A stretch of DNA of 55,043 nt from IMG/VR virus record IMGVR_UViG_3300042479_000786, positions 1-55,043 of that record; one strand, written 5' to 3'. Origin of the DNA: a virus. Taxonomy: Duplodnaviria; Caudoviricetes. Below the pieces are notes generated by a model that did no database searches, was not told where the DNA came from, and saw only the letters and a program-made list of their open reading frames with translations. Of the stretch, positions 7,204-16,269 are shown in pieces (within the stretch, counting starts at the first letter, position 1; each line of letters starts with the position of its first letter). Position numbers and translations under genes: made by a program.

Positions 7204-7683
7204 GCTCTATATATATGTATGGTTTCAAATTAACACGACCAACGTCGTGTTATGGCCTGTGATCCTAGTGCTGCGCACCGGTGCGATTCTTTAGCGGGTG
7301 CAGGTGGCCAGCATGCTGTATGCCTGAGCAGGTGATCAGGGTGATGGGTCTTGGGTATACCGGCCGGACGCAAGACATGATGGCTGCTTCCATTGTGGCT
7401 GTAGGGCTGGAGCGGAAAGGGGAGGGGGGATGTTCCGAGACCTCTCGGCCCCCGCCAGCACTGGTATGCCACACCGTCTCTTGACCGATCATGGCTTTAG
7501 CAATATCGTTAATGCCAACAGGACCGTGACTATAACCGTAGCCATCTTCTTCTCTTTATCTGGCAATTGTTCATACATACATGAGTAGCCAAAGCTCACT
7601 ACTAACAGGGCACACAGAACGATTGTAAACGCAACAACCTTTAAAAATAATAGCACTTCCATACCACAAAAATAAATTATTTA

Positions 7684-7716
7684 TTTGGAAGTCTGGAACC
7701 TAATACTATACCTTTG
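7684..7716 (+). promoter_or_regulatory. rightward promoter of the replication operon
   Basis: TTTG-N21-TACCTTTG, matching the Bacteroidota -33/-7 consensus. Confidence 0.8.
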
Positions 7717-7747
7717 ACGCAGTTCTTTATCCAAAAATCGAAGTCTA

Positions 7748-7852
7748 AAGTCAGAGGTAGTAGCCTGATTTAAACAATAACATTACGCCCATTGAGGGCT
7801 GCGAGGTGATGAAAATCACCGCTACTACCGCAGTCCTTAATGGGCTTTTTTT
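7748..7852 (+). promoter_or_regulatory. attenuator-like structured leader ending in an intrinsic terminator
   Basis: 17-bp stem 7787-7803/7829-7845 enclosing GGTGAT-GAAA-ATCACC, then T7; upstream loop GGTAGTAGC is complementary to GCTACTACC (7821-7829). Confidence 0.7.
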
Positions 7853-7863
7853 ATCTCCAAAAT

Positions 7864-8799
7864 ATGAGAAAGTCATTCGTGCTTTACACCGATCTTTACG
7901 AAACATTACAACATTTGAGTGACGAAAACCTCGGACGACTCACCAAAATGATCTTCGAGTACGTAATTTTCGACGTCGAGCCGGACACGTCTGACATGCT
8001 GTTTTTGGTGTTTAACCCCATAAAAATGCAAATTAACCGCGATAACGAAAAATACGAGAAACGCTCAGAACGCAGTCGTGTCAACGGTTCCATGGGAGGA
8101 CGACCAAACAAAAATAACCTAGATAACCCACTGGGTTTTCTGGGTTACCAAAATAACCCAGAGGTTATTCTGGGTTACAAGAAAAAGCTAACCGAACCCA
8201 GAAAACCTGATAATGATAATGATAATGATAATGATAATGATAATGACAATGAAAAGAGAAAAGAAATATATGTGGCTTCGCATGTTTTTTTTGAAGAGGA
8301 ATTGAAAACTCAAGGGCTTAAAGAAAACTCAAAAAAAAGGGTAACACATTCCCGGGGGGCGGAGGGGGTCACCCAGCCGAAAGTCAAAACTTTCAAACAG
8401 TGGACATCTGAAGATTTAAAAAATAACATCTCACCCCATGTTATAAAATACGGCCGAGAAATCTGCAATGAGTTTTACCGATACTGGAGCGAACCAACCG
8501 CAAACGGAAAAATGAGGATCAATTCAGAATCTGCCTTCGAGGTGACCAGGAGGCTTGACACCTTCCTTCGCAACGCAAGCAAGTTCGGCTCCAAGCAGAA
8601 GGTCATCCAAAACCAGCTGGCTTTCAAAACCAAAGCAGAGGCCGAGCAGTACATGATCGACACTTACTTCCACGGCAAGAGCGAATACGGCCCAAAGGTT
8701 TACGGCATCGAACTAGTCGACGAGAATAACCAACCAAGAGACATCAACACCATCCACGAAGAAATCAACAAGGCCGTCCTAGGCGGATTAAATCTCTAA
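7864..8799 (+). CDS. replication initiator protein (DUF6291-like N-terminus)
   Basis: RKSFVLY...LSDENLGRL...IFEY N-terminus, RxNGSMGGRP, DN repeat linker, C-terminal FYRYWSE..RL.TF; start moved to ATG 7864. Confidence 0.75.
   Translation: MRKSFVLYTDLYETLQHLSDENLGRLTKMIFEYVIFDVEPDTSDMLFLVFNPIKMQINRDNEKYEKRSERSRVNGSMGGRPNKNNLDNPLGFLGYQNNPEVILGYKKKLTEPRKPDNDNDNDNDNDNDNEKRKEIYVASHVFFEEELKTQGLKENSKKRVTHSRGAEGVTQPKVKTFKQWTSEDLKNNISPHVIKYGREICNEFYRYWSEPTANGKMRINSESAFEVTRRLDTFLRNASKFGSKQKVIQNQLAFKTKAEAEQYMIDTYFHGKSEYGPKVYGIELVDENNQPRDINTIHEEINKAVLGGLNL
8111..8207. repeat. iteron-like direct and inverted repeats (candidate origin)
   Basis: Two imperfect 30-bp tandem units (8121-8150, 8151-8180), each TAACCCA...TGGGTTA; 13-bp inverted pair 8134-8146/8195-8207. 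Confidence 0.65.
8209..8250 (+). repeat. (GATAAT)6 GACAAT microsatellite encoding (DN)7
   Basis: Read directly from the sequence. Confidence 0.9.
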
Positions 8800-8801
8800 C
8801 C

Positions 8802-10991
8802 ATGCTCAACCAAGCCAAGCACCTGATCGAAAATGGATTCTCGGTAATCCCGGTCAACGAGAAGAAGCAGCCCATGGTCGCATTCAAGAGATCCGGCTAT
8901 ACCCAGAACCTGCCAGGAAACGAACTCGACCTGCTCTATACCCAAAGCCATGGCATCGCCATCATCGCAGGGGAGGTCTCAGGTAACCTGATCTGCATCG
9001 ATGTGGACCTGAAGTACGACATCTCCGGCGATCTCATGTCACGACTCAAGCAGCGGCTCGTGGAGGTCATCCCAAGCTTCTTTGACCGCATCGTTCTCCA
9101 ACAAACCAGAACCAATGGCTTTCACCTGATCTTCCGTGTCGAACAAGGCACCAAGGTCGGAGGGAACAAGAAACTGGCTATGAGATCCACCAACGAGGCA
9201 GAGCTCGAGGAGGACCGGAAGAACAATCCGAAACTAAAAAAATCAGAACGCGTATTGATCGAGACCAGGGGGGAGGGGGGTTATTTCCTAATCGCTCCCA
9301 CCCCAGGATATAAAATCATAAAAAACACCTTCGGCTCCATCGGGACATTCACCCCAGATGAGTTAGATGCCGTATTTGCCACCTGCCGTTCGTTTAACGA
9401 GCTTGAAATAGCAGAAGTGGTATATGACATCCAAGACAGAAAGATAATGTCTGTAACGTCCTCTATCGAGGTCAGCCCTTGGGATGATTATAACAACCGG
9501 ACCGATGGTGTCGCCCTTCTCGAGAGTTATGGGTGGGAGGTAAGTGGTCAGATTAACTCAACCACACTCAAGCTTTTGCGTCCAGGCAAGCCATCAAAAG
9601 GCGAGCACAGCGCTTACTACCACACGGATTCAGGTAAGTTAGTAGTCTTTTCTACTTCCACCCCATTCGAGACTGAGCGCAATGGTACCTCACCGGCATA
9701 TACCCCGTTCGCTATCTATGCCGTCTACGAACATAACGGGAACATCAAGGAAGCGGCTAAGATGCTTAGCGATCATGGTTTTGGTAGTAGCAAGTTCAAG
9801 CAGGAGTCACACCGTCCAGAGGTAGTACTCCGGCCGAAAGACATGCCAGAGCATCGGTCCAAGCCAGCCGATCCAGAGGAGCCATCCCGTATGGAAGACC
9901 CCGACAACAAGGACTCTGATGTGTCGAAGTTTATTGGTGACTTCAACAACGCTGTTGGATACCTCAACATGGCCAGAAGCAACTCCCTGCCAGAGGGATT
10001 GAAGTTCGGATACGAGAAGCTGGATAACCACTGGAGACTCAAGAAAGGGGCGCTTGTCATTGTCCACGGATTGGCCAACGTAGGGAAGTCTACCTTCATG
10101 TGGTATATCGCTATCCTATCCGCCATGGCACACGGCTGGAGATGGGTGATCTATACCGGTGAGAATGATTATGAATTCGTGATCCGTCGTATGATGGAGA
10201 CCTATTCTGGCAAGTCTCTCCATACCCTCACCCAGGACGAATGGGATATCGCTGAGATCTTTGTCCGCACACACTTTGTGTTCATCACCAACGACTTCAC
10301 GTACTCTTACAAAGACCTGCTCGGGATCGTTGAGAAGCTCATGGAAGAGCAGCACTTCGATGCCATCATGGTCGATCCGTATAACTCGTTAGTTGTCGAT
10401 GATACCATCGCTAAACAGATCAAGATATTGGCAGGTAATAAGCACGATTACGATTATATGGTAACCACGGAGCTTAGGGTATTCTGTCGTAAGACCGGCT
10501 TGAGTGTTTATCTCAATGTCCATACAGGAACAGAGGGAGCGAGAAGGGTAGCTAAGGATCCAAGCAAGCCTCCTAAAATGTACGAGGTAGAGGGTGGAAA
10601 TAAGTTCGCAGCACGGGCTGATGATTTCATCACCATACACCGCAACACAAAGGACGAAAGCTCATGGATGATAACCGAGGTTCATATCGATAAGATCAAG
10701 ACCCAGGAGACCGGTGGCCGGCCTACTGCCGAGGATCGCCCTATCACACTCAGGTTCCTTCCGGAGATGGGTAGGTTTATGGGAAGCACGCTAGGCACCT
10801 CGCATACATTCGATCCGATCAACCAATACAAGAAAGGTAAGCACGCTTACCCTAACTCTACACCCGAACCGGTTAACCTTCCTCCTGAGATAACCCCAGA
10901 GGAATATGTCAAACCGGTGACCCCAGGTCTGCTTAATGCCAGAGAGAGCTTTTTTACATCTAATGTCAGCGATGACGATTCACCATTCTAG
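8802..10991 (+). CDS. Prim-Pol (AEP) primase fused to a DnaB-like SF4 helicase
   Basis: GFSVIPV, ICIDVD, GFHLIFR, ETRGEGGY primase motifs; Walker A GLANVGKS, Walker B IMVDPYN, KIK near the C-terminus. Confidence 0.85.
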   Translation: MLNQAKHLIENGFSVIPVNEKKQPMVAFKRSGYTQNLPGNELDLLYTQSHGIAIIAGEVSGNLICIDVDLKYDISGDLMSRLKQRLVEVIPSFFDRIVLQQTRTNGFHLIFRVEQGTKVGGNKKLAMRSTNEAELEEDRKNNPKLKKSERVLIETRGEGGYFLIAPTPGYKIIKNTFGSIGTFTPDELDAVFATCRSFNELEIAEVVYDIQDRKIMSVTSSIEVSPWDDYNNRTDGVALLESYGWEVSGQINSTTLKLLRPGKPSKGEHSAYYHTDSGKLVVFSTSTPFETERNGTSPAYTPFAIYAVYEHNGNIKEAAKMLSDHGFGSSKFKQESHRPEVVLRPKDMPEHRSKPADPEEPSRMEDPDNKDSDVSKFIGDFNNAVGYLNMARSNSLPEGLKFGYEKLDNHWRLKKGALVIVHGLANVGKSTFMWYIAILSAMAHGWRWVIYTGENDYEFVIRRMMETYSGKSLHTLTQDEWDIAEIFVRTHFVFITNDFTYSYKDLLGIVEKLMEEQHFDAIMVDPYNSLVVDDTIAKQIKILAGNKHDYDYMVTTELRVFCRKTGLSVYLNVHTGTEGARRVAKDPSKPPKMYEVEGGNKFAARADDFITIHRNTKDESSWMITEVHIDKIKTQETGGRPTAEDRPITLRFLPEMGRFMGSTLGTSHTFDPINQYKKGKHAYPNSTPEPVNLPPEITPEEYVKPVTPGLLNARESFFTSNVSDDDSPF

Positions 10992-10993
10992 CT

Positions 10994-11422
10994 ATGATAA
11001 AAGTAAGAACCAAGATCTTAAACGGGAAGATTAGCGAAAACATTCCCCTGATGCAGGAGGCTCTCAGGTTATTTGATAACGAGGACGTCACCATTATCAT
11101 TGAGAAAACCAAGCGCAAGCGGAGCGGCCCACAGAATGCTTTTTACTGGGGGTGCGTTCTTCCATACATCACATGGGGGATCATAGAGCTAGGCAATGAG
11201 TGGACGGATGAGGATTCTCATATCCTGATGAGGAGCAAGTTCCTCCAGAAGGCAATCCTGATCAATGACGATGGGGAGTTCGTCACCAAGACCAAAAGCA
11301 CCACCGAGCTCGACACGGTCCAGTGGGAAGAGTATATCACCAAGATAAGAGCATGGGCATCCGAAATGCTCAATATCGAAATACCATTACCAAACGAATA
11401 CATTGAATCAAACCCTAAATAA
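10994..11422 (+). CDS. NinB/Orf-like recombination protein
   Basis: KRSGPQNAFYWG, KSTTELDT, IEIPLPNE motifs. Confidence 0.7.
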   Translation: MIKVRTKILNGKISENIPLMQEALRLFDNEDVTIIIEKTKRKRSGPQNAFYWGCVLPYITWGIIELGNEWTDEDSHILMRSKFLQKAILINDDGEFVTKTKSTTELDTVQWEEYITKIRAWASEMLNIEIPLPNEYIESNPK

Positions 11423-11430
11423 ACAGAACC

Positions 11431-11688
11431 ATGAGAACACTAAAACAACATTACTCAGACGAGAGCCGCATCATCCGGATGATCAGAAACACGGACGGCA
11501 CAATGAACATCGGAACATACCTTCCTATCGAAGAGGGTGGGCAGTACAACCTTCACGACAAGTCTGTTGTGATCATAGACGAGATTGTTGAACAGTGGGA
11601 AGCCAAGGGGTTTTTTACCACCTCAGCTCCAACGATCTACAAAGTCCGCGCCCAGGTGGTGTATGTACCAGAAGTTTCAAAGAAATAA
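11431..11688 (+). CDS. hypothetical protein
   Basis: 85-aa ORF following the NinB-like gene. Confidence 0.65.
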   Translation: MRTLKQHYSDESRIIRMIRNTDGTMNIGTYLPIEEGGQYNLHDKSVVIIDEIVEQWEAKGFFTTSAPTIYKVRAQVVYVPEVSKK

Positions 11689-11702
11689 CAAAGAAATTTT
11701 TA

Positions 11703-11710
11703 TATTTTTG
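11703..11710 (+). promoter_or_regulatory. -7 promoter box TATTTTTG
   Basis: Consensus TAnnTTTG in an intergenic gap, 10 nt before an ATG. Confidence 0.5.
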
Positions 11711-11720
11711 TACCCACGAT

Positions 11721-12101
11721 ATGGCAAAGAAAAAAGTAACAATCGAATATAACCTAGAGGCAATGTCCTCTAGTATCACGGTCCCATTGCAGTTCAGAGG
11801 AACAATGGACTCCCTGCTGAGTGCATTCAAAATGAATGCATTCTCTGCCTATGATGTCGGCAGAAAGTTTTCCGGATTCGGGACCCACGACGATATCAAG
11901 ACCATGCTTGAATTCCTTTGTTCAATAGGGATACTGGCAAAGATAGACAGCAAGGCTAAGGGTCTCTATCAGTTTACTTCTGACGAACTAACCGTTGCCA
12001 GGATCAAACAGACGTTAGACTACCTCAGCGGCCATGTCAAAGCTATCACTGCCTTGAAAGATGAAATAATGGCCCACTATGAAAAACGAGCCGAAGATTA
12101 G
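11721..12101 (+). CDS. hypothetical protein (possible winged helix)
   Basis: Start moved to ATG 11721 (MAKKK); LEFLCSIGILAK...GLYQF pattern. Confidence 0.65.
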   Translation: MAKKKVTIEYNLEAMSSSITVPLQFRGTMDSLLSAFKMNAFSAYDVGRKFSGFGTHDDIKTMLEFLCSIGILAKIDSKAKGLYQFTSDELTVARIKQTLDYLSGHVKAITALKDEIMAHYEKRAED

Positions 12102-12348
12102 TAAAGTAGAGCTCACAATGTCTGTCTTCGGAGTCAGGCATTGTGTGGAGCTCTCCACTACAGGTCCGCCAAGCGACATCATCGGTGACTACATTGGCGA
12201 TATCCGGAAGAACCATATCAACACCGCCAATATCCTCAGGGTAGATGTAGATGGGATTAATATTTACAAAAGCAACTCTTACGCTAGAATCGAAAGCATA
12301 TGGCAAAGAAGAAACCTTCCGGAGTTAATGGCTCCGGATTTACTGTAG
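12079..12348 (+). CDS. hypothetical protein
   Basis: 89-aa ORF filling the gap between neighbours. Confidence 0.55.
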   Translation: MKNEPKISKVELTMSVFGVRHCVELSTTGPPSDIIGDYIGDIRKNHINTANILRVDVDGINIYKSNSYARIESIWQRRNLPELMAPDLL

Positions 12349-12719
12349 AGGACTGGGCTAGGCTAGCAGAACTGGCTGAGGAGCATCCGGTTGTATGGAG
12401 CGCTATGCAGGTTATTAAGACCGTGTTTAGCCGGGCTCACATCGAGAGCTACGAGACCATTAATGAAACGCTTGGTTTTCTCAATGACTCACTAAAGGAG
12501 ATCTCCCAACTGCCAAAGGCCGAACGACCAAAGCTTCTGGACAATAACAAGGAAAAGGAATTCGATGCCATCCTCAAAGTGGTACAGTCGATTCCTAAAA
12601 TCAATGCTGACCTGATCAACATGAGAAACGATCTGTTCAGCGAAGATGATGAAACCGGTTTGAATAACGACTCACTATCTGACACATGGGCGAACGACAA
12701 GAGAAAAGAATCCAAATAA
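12300..12719 (+). CDS. hypothetical helical protein (terminase small subunit candidate)
   Basis: 139 aa, coiled-coil-like, upstream of terL; function inferred from position only. Confidence 0.5.
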   Translation: MAKKKPSGVNGSGFTVEDWARLAELAEEHPVVWSAMQVIKTVFSRAHIESYETINETLGFLNDSLKEISQLPKAERPKLLDNNKEKEFDAILKVVQSIPKINADLINMRNDLFSEDDETGLNNDSLSDTWANDKRKESK

Positions 12720-13057
12720 AAGAGAAGCCAATCAAAGCGCATAAGAAGTTGACAGCCAACGAGATACGGCAGTTGATGTATAGTAACTTTGAGATCTATG
12801 GATTTTTTATAAGCGAAGGAAGGTTCCTTTTCGCCTTCTTTACATATATCGATCACGCGGGCAATCAGGTAATCACTTGCCGGTTATTCATGTCTACCAT
12901 AGAGTTTCTACCCTACGAAAAGCGGGTGGAGCTCTATAAGGAGATGGCGCCATATCTTAAAAAGAAGTTTGTTAAGAATCCTCACCTGATGCCAACAACA
13001 GCTGATGAGATTAAAAAGTATATGGTATGGCGGGTTTCGAGCGTGGAAATATTATAG
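12686..13057 (+). CDS. hypothetical protein
   Basis: ORF in the operon; start uncertain (alternative ATG 12776). Confidence 0.55.
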   Translation: MGERQEKRIQIKEKPIKAHKKLTANEIRQLMYSNFEIYGFFISEGRFLFAFFTYIDHAGNQVITCRLFMSTIEFLPYEKRVELYKEMAPYLKKKFVKNPHLMPTTADEIKKYMVWRVSSVEIL

Positions 13058-13440
13058 TAAAAGCCTCTGCTGGAAAGCACCAGTTCGTTAGAAAGAGCAT
13101 ACAGCACTTTATCTCTAACGAGAACGCCTTGAGGTATGTAGGGCTGCATCCGGACCTAACACCGGATGAGCTCTGGCCTGAAGAAGAGCCGCTGTCACTA
13201 GATGAGACCCTGATAGCTCTACGCCTAAACCGGCTTAAGAGGATGTACATTGACAATGAGATGTACGAGATCATGGAGTGCAGCGTGCTCAAGCGTAAGC
13301 AGAATGAGAAGTCGTACTGGGAGTTCGTAGAACTGCTAACCGAAAGCATGGAACTTCTAGGGCAGGGATATGTCAATGACATACTAGAGCCACTAGGGTT
13401 TAGTCAAAAGAATTACTGCGTAACTAAGCGAGTCAGATGA
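13027..13440 (+). CDS. hypothetical protein
   Basis: 137 aa; stop overlaps the terL start (ATGA). Confidence 0.7.
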   Translation: MAGFERGNIIVKASAGKHQFVRKSIQHFISNENALRYVGLHPDLTPDELWPEEEPLSLDETLIALRLNRLKRMYIDNEMYEIMECSVLKRKQNEKSYWEFVELLTESMELLGQGYVNDILEPLGFSQKNYCVTKRVR

Positions 13441-15323
13441 TCAACATCATAACATCAGCAATGAAGGAGAAGCCCATTTTCGAATGGGAAGGGATGCCGA
13501 CGTTTAGGAGCAAGAGCGAAGAGTCTGCATGGTGGGACCGGGAACGGAATCGTTGGGAGGTTGGGTTCGGAGGGCTCACTGGGCAGCACTACTTTACGAT
13601 ATCGCAGGGCACGTATAAGAACGCGTCCAACAAATACATCCGCCCCTCTGTGCGCGACGGGGATATGCTAGTCTTTGAGGAGTACAACGAATGCCGGCGG
13701 ACGATGGAAGATCTATTCATCGCCAAACGGCGCGGGTTTGCATTGTCCAGTATTTTCGGAGCAGCCATCCCGATGCATGCATCCATCACATATCCTGGAT
13801 CTACGAACCTGATCACATCTGCAGATAAGCCGCGACTAGAAGAACTCTACAAGGATAAGACCCTAGTATTCTATTCGGAGATGTCTGAAAAGATTAAACC
13901 GGCAATCGTATCCTCCAGGCAGCACGGCTATCTCCACTTCGGAAAGAAAGTCGGCAACGACATCACCGGGCTAAACTCAAAGATCCTGTGTATCCAAACA
14001 ACAGAGGCGCCAAAAGACGCAACTGCTTTTGAGGCATACCGGGCCACAACAGCATTCATCGACGAGGTCTTTCTGCACACCCGGCCCGATGTTGTTGTCG
14101 CGTCATCCCAGGCTTCGCTTCAGGATGGATTCCGGAAGATCAATCCAATTGTACTAGGCGGGAGCTGCGGGGTTGCATCCACAGAAGGAGCTTCGCGCAT
14201 GCAGGAGTACTGGCTAGATGCTCAGAACAATATGGTCAGGACGATCTTTATTCCCGGCACCCTGTGTATCGTAGATGCGCCAGAGCTGGATGACGAAGGC
14301 CGGCCAACAGGCAAGATGCTAAACTTCTGCCCCAACGGACGGAGTAATGAGAAGGCTGCGTTTGATTGGATCATGACCATGAGAGGCCGGTTCGAGAAGG
14401 CAAAGAACAAGAAGAAGCTCCTGCAGTTCATCAAAGCCTATCCGCTATCCATCGAAGAAGTGTTTGACGTCAACACCCAGGGTGTATTTACTGAGGATGT
14501 AATGGAGATCATACAGAGCGCTTCGATGAGGATAACTAGAGAATCATACCCTGTCAATAGATATGATCTTATAGAAGACGCCAGGGGCGCTATCAACGCC
14601 AGGGTGAACAATACAACAGGCGACTTTTACATCCTAGACCATCCGGTTAAGGGAATTGTGTATGGAGCAGGCAATGACCCGATCCCATTCGGTCAGACGG
14701 ATGATATTACGTATCGGAGATCTGAGAACGCCATAGCCATTGGCGGCCTGTTGGAGTTGAAGATGCATGCATATTACTCCGAGAGAACCCACGATGCGGA
14801 TATAGCCGCTACCAAGATGCTTCTTTTGATGAGGTATTACAACGACGCAAAGGTTCTCATAGAAAGAAATCGGGGAGGCACGCTCATTGACAAAATAAAA
14901 AACCATGGCTTTGTCAGGCTACTAGCTCCTCAGCCAAAGTTCCTAGGAAGCTCCGGATATGATAAGCGAGTAAAGCACGGATGGTACAAGGATGCGCATT
15001 CGTCCATTGTCGCCAATGCTGAGCTAGTAACATATATTACCAAATACGCTGATCGTATATACTTCAAGCGACTTATAGACGAGATTAAAGTATTCATTAT
15101 CGAGAACACCGACGTTGCCGATGCATGGGTCTCCTTTCTTCTATACGCCAGGGACTACTACGAAAGACTTGCCAAGCAGTCAAACATGAACATGGTTGCT
15201 AGAGAAACGACAGTGGTGGTCATAAAAAATGGAGAGCGCGTGGTAGAGCGAAAGATTGTGTATACCCAAGAAGATGATTCTAGTCACTTAAACAGAAACG
15301 ACGTTTTTAATCATGGAAGATGA
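13437..15323 (+). CDS. terL: terminase large subunit
   Basis: AKRRGFALSS Walker-A-like, FIDEV Walker B, nuclease motifs AGNDP, IERNRG, DVADA. Confidence 0.85.
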   Translation: MINIITSAMKEKPIFEWEGMPTFRSKSEESAWWDRERNRWEVGFGGLTGQHYFTISQGTYKNASNKYIRPSVRDGDMLVFEEYNECRRTMEDLFIAKRRGFALSSIFGAAIPMHASITYPGSTNLITSADKPRLEELYKDKTLVFYSEMSEKIKPAIVSSRQHGYLHFGKKVGNDITGLNSKILCIQTTEAPKDATAFEAYRATTAFIDEVFLHTRPDVVVASSQASLQDGFRKINPIVLGGSCGVASTEGASRMQEYWLDAQNNMVRTIFIPGTLCIVDAPELDDEGRPTGKMLNFCPNGRSNEKAAFDWIMTMRGRFEKAKNKKKLLQFIKAYPLSIEEVFDVNTQGVFTEDVMEIIQSASMRITRESYPVNRYDLIEDARGAINARVNNTTGDFYILDHPVKGIVYGAGNDPIPFGQTDDITYRRSENAIAIGGLLELKMHAYYSERTHDADIAATKMLLLMRYYNDAKVLIERNRGGTLIDKIKNHGFVRLLAPQPKFLGSSGYDKRVKHGWYKDAHSSIVANAELVTYITKYADRIYFKRLIDEIKVFIIENTDVADAWVSFLLYARDYYERLAKQSNMNMVARETTVVVIKNGERVVERKIVYTQEDDSSHLNRNDVFNHGR

Positions 15324-15528
15324 ATTTATTTTAAACGATCTTAGGTCCCAGTCACAGAAGGTTGTATTCACAAACTCAGACAGGGCAACCGAGATCGGTT
15401 ACTTCATGAGGTTTGCGGAGTTCAAGCCAGAGGGGGTAAATGCCGTAGGGCTAGTTGCAGTAATAATTGATAAAACAGGTAAAGTTTGTTATCGTGAGCC
15501 AAAGTCAATCAGATTCGTATTCGAGTGA
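15313..15528 (+). CDS. hypothetical protein
   Basis: 71 aa, overlaps the terL stop. Confidence 0.6.
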   Translation: MEDEFILNDLRSQSQKVVFTNSDRATEIGYFMRFAEFKPEGVNAVGLVAVIIDKTGKVCYREPKSIRFVFE

Positions 15529-15802
15529 TTCTGAATTAATCAGAAACGCTACACCGGCAAAAACTTTGTCGGAGCCAGTAAAGATATCAAACGCTCTTTA
15601 CCAAGGAATGGACGGGATGAAGATCCCTTATCGCATTAACGTGCATACGGAGTATGAGGTCGTAAAGCATAAGTTAAAATTTAATGTTTCGTTTACCGGA
15701 CATCAAACCAGGATTGAAATGATATTCAAAGGGGAACCGGATCTTCAGGAGATAAAAGCAAGATTAGACCGACTGGGCTTTTTATTTAAGAAAGTTTCAT
15801 AG
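15467..15802 (+). CDS. hypothetical protein
   Basis: Open frame ending before a terminator; start uncertain (ATG 15608 possible). Confidence 0.45.
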   Translation: MIKQVKFVIVSQSQSDSYSSDSELIRNATPAKTLSEPVKISNALYQGMDGMKIPYRINVHTEYEVVKHKLKFNVSFTGHQTRIEMIFKGEPDLQEIKARLDRLGFLFKKVS

Positions 15803-15846
15803 ATTTGCTGATCGCTACTTGCTCGTGGGGATTGTATTTGGGGGAG

Positions 15847-15876
15847 CGCTGACCTAGAAATGGGTCAGCGTTTTTT
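15847..15876 (+). terminator. intrinsic terminator
   Basis: CGCTGACCTA-GAAA-TGGGTCAGCG followed by T6. Confidence 0.8.
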
Positions 15877-15906
15877 ATATAAAAAAATTTTTTGTTCCTT
15901 TGCACA

Positions 15907-16269
15907 ATGGACAGGAGATTTTTAAATGTAAACTACGATGCTCCGGTTGAGATTCACTTAACCATCAGGAGCATTTGCGATAAGATCCTTATCGACTCAG
16001 GAGAGAAGAAGAGAATCCCGGAACTTTACCAGGATCTGGTGATCTACGCCATCTCCAACATCAAGTCAGGAGACAAGATAGAAACATCTGACCTATCCGG
16101 TCGGTCCGTTAAGACTATCTTCTACCTAGACAGGGAGCACAGGAGCCAGGTGATGTATCTCCTAGGAGGAGAGGAGTCTATGACCATGAGAGAGAAGTAT
16201 GACATCCTTCTTGAATACAGTATCAAGAAGCTATACAATATGGAACTCATCAAAGGCGTAGCGAAATGA
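15907..16269 (+). CDS. hypothetical protein
   Basis: Start at ATG 15907; stop overlaps the resolvase start. Confidence 0.7.
   Translation: MDRRFLNVNYDAPVEIHLTIRSICDKILIDSGEKKRIPELYQDLVIYAISNIKSGDKIETSDLSGRSVKTIFYLDREHRSQVMYLLGGEESMTMREKYDILLEYSIKKLYNMELIKGVAK

Noticed and set aside
8209-8250. (GATAAT)n as a phase-variation tract or CRISPR-like array
   Set aside because: The 6-nt unit keeps the frame, has no spacers, and encodes a DN linker common in such initiators
9268-9280. G6-A-G6 run as a slippage site or G-quadruplex
   Set aside because: It encodes the conserved RGEGG primase motif and has only two G runs
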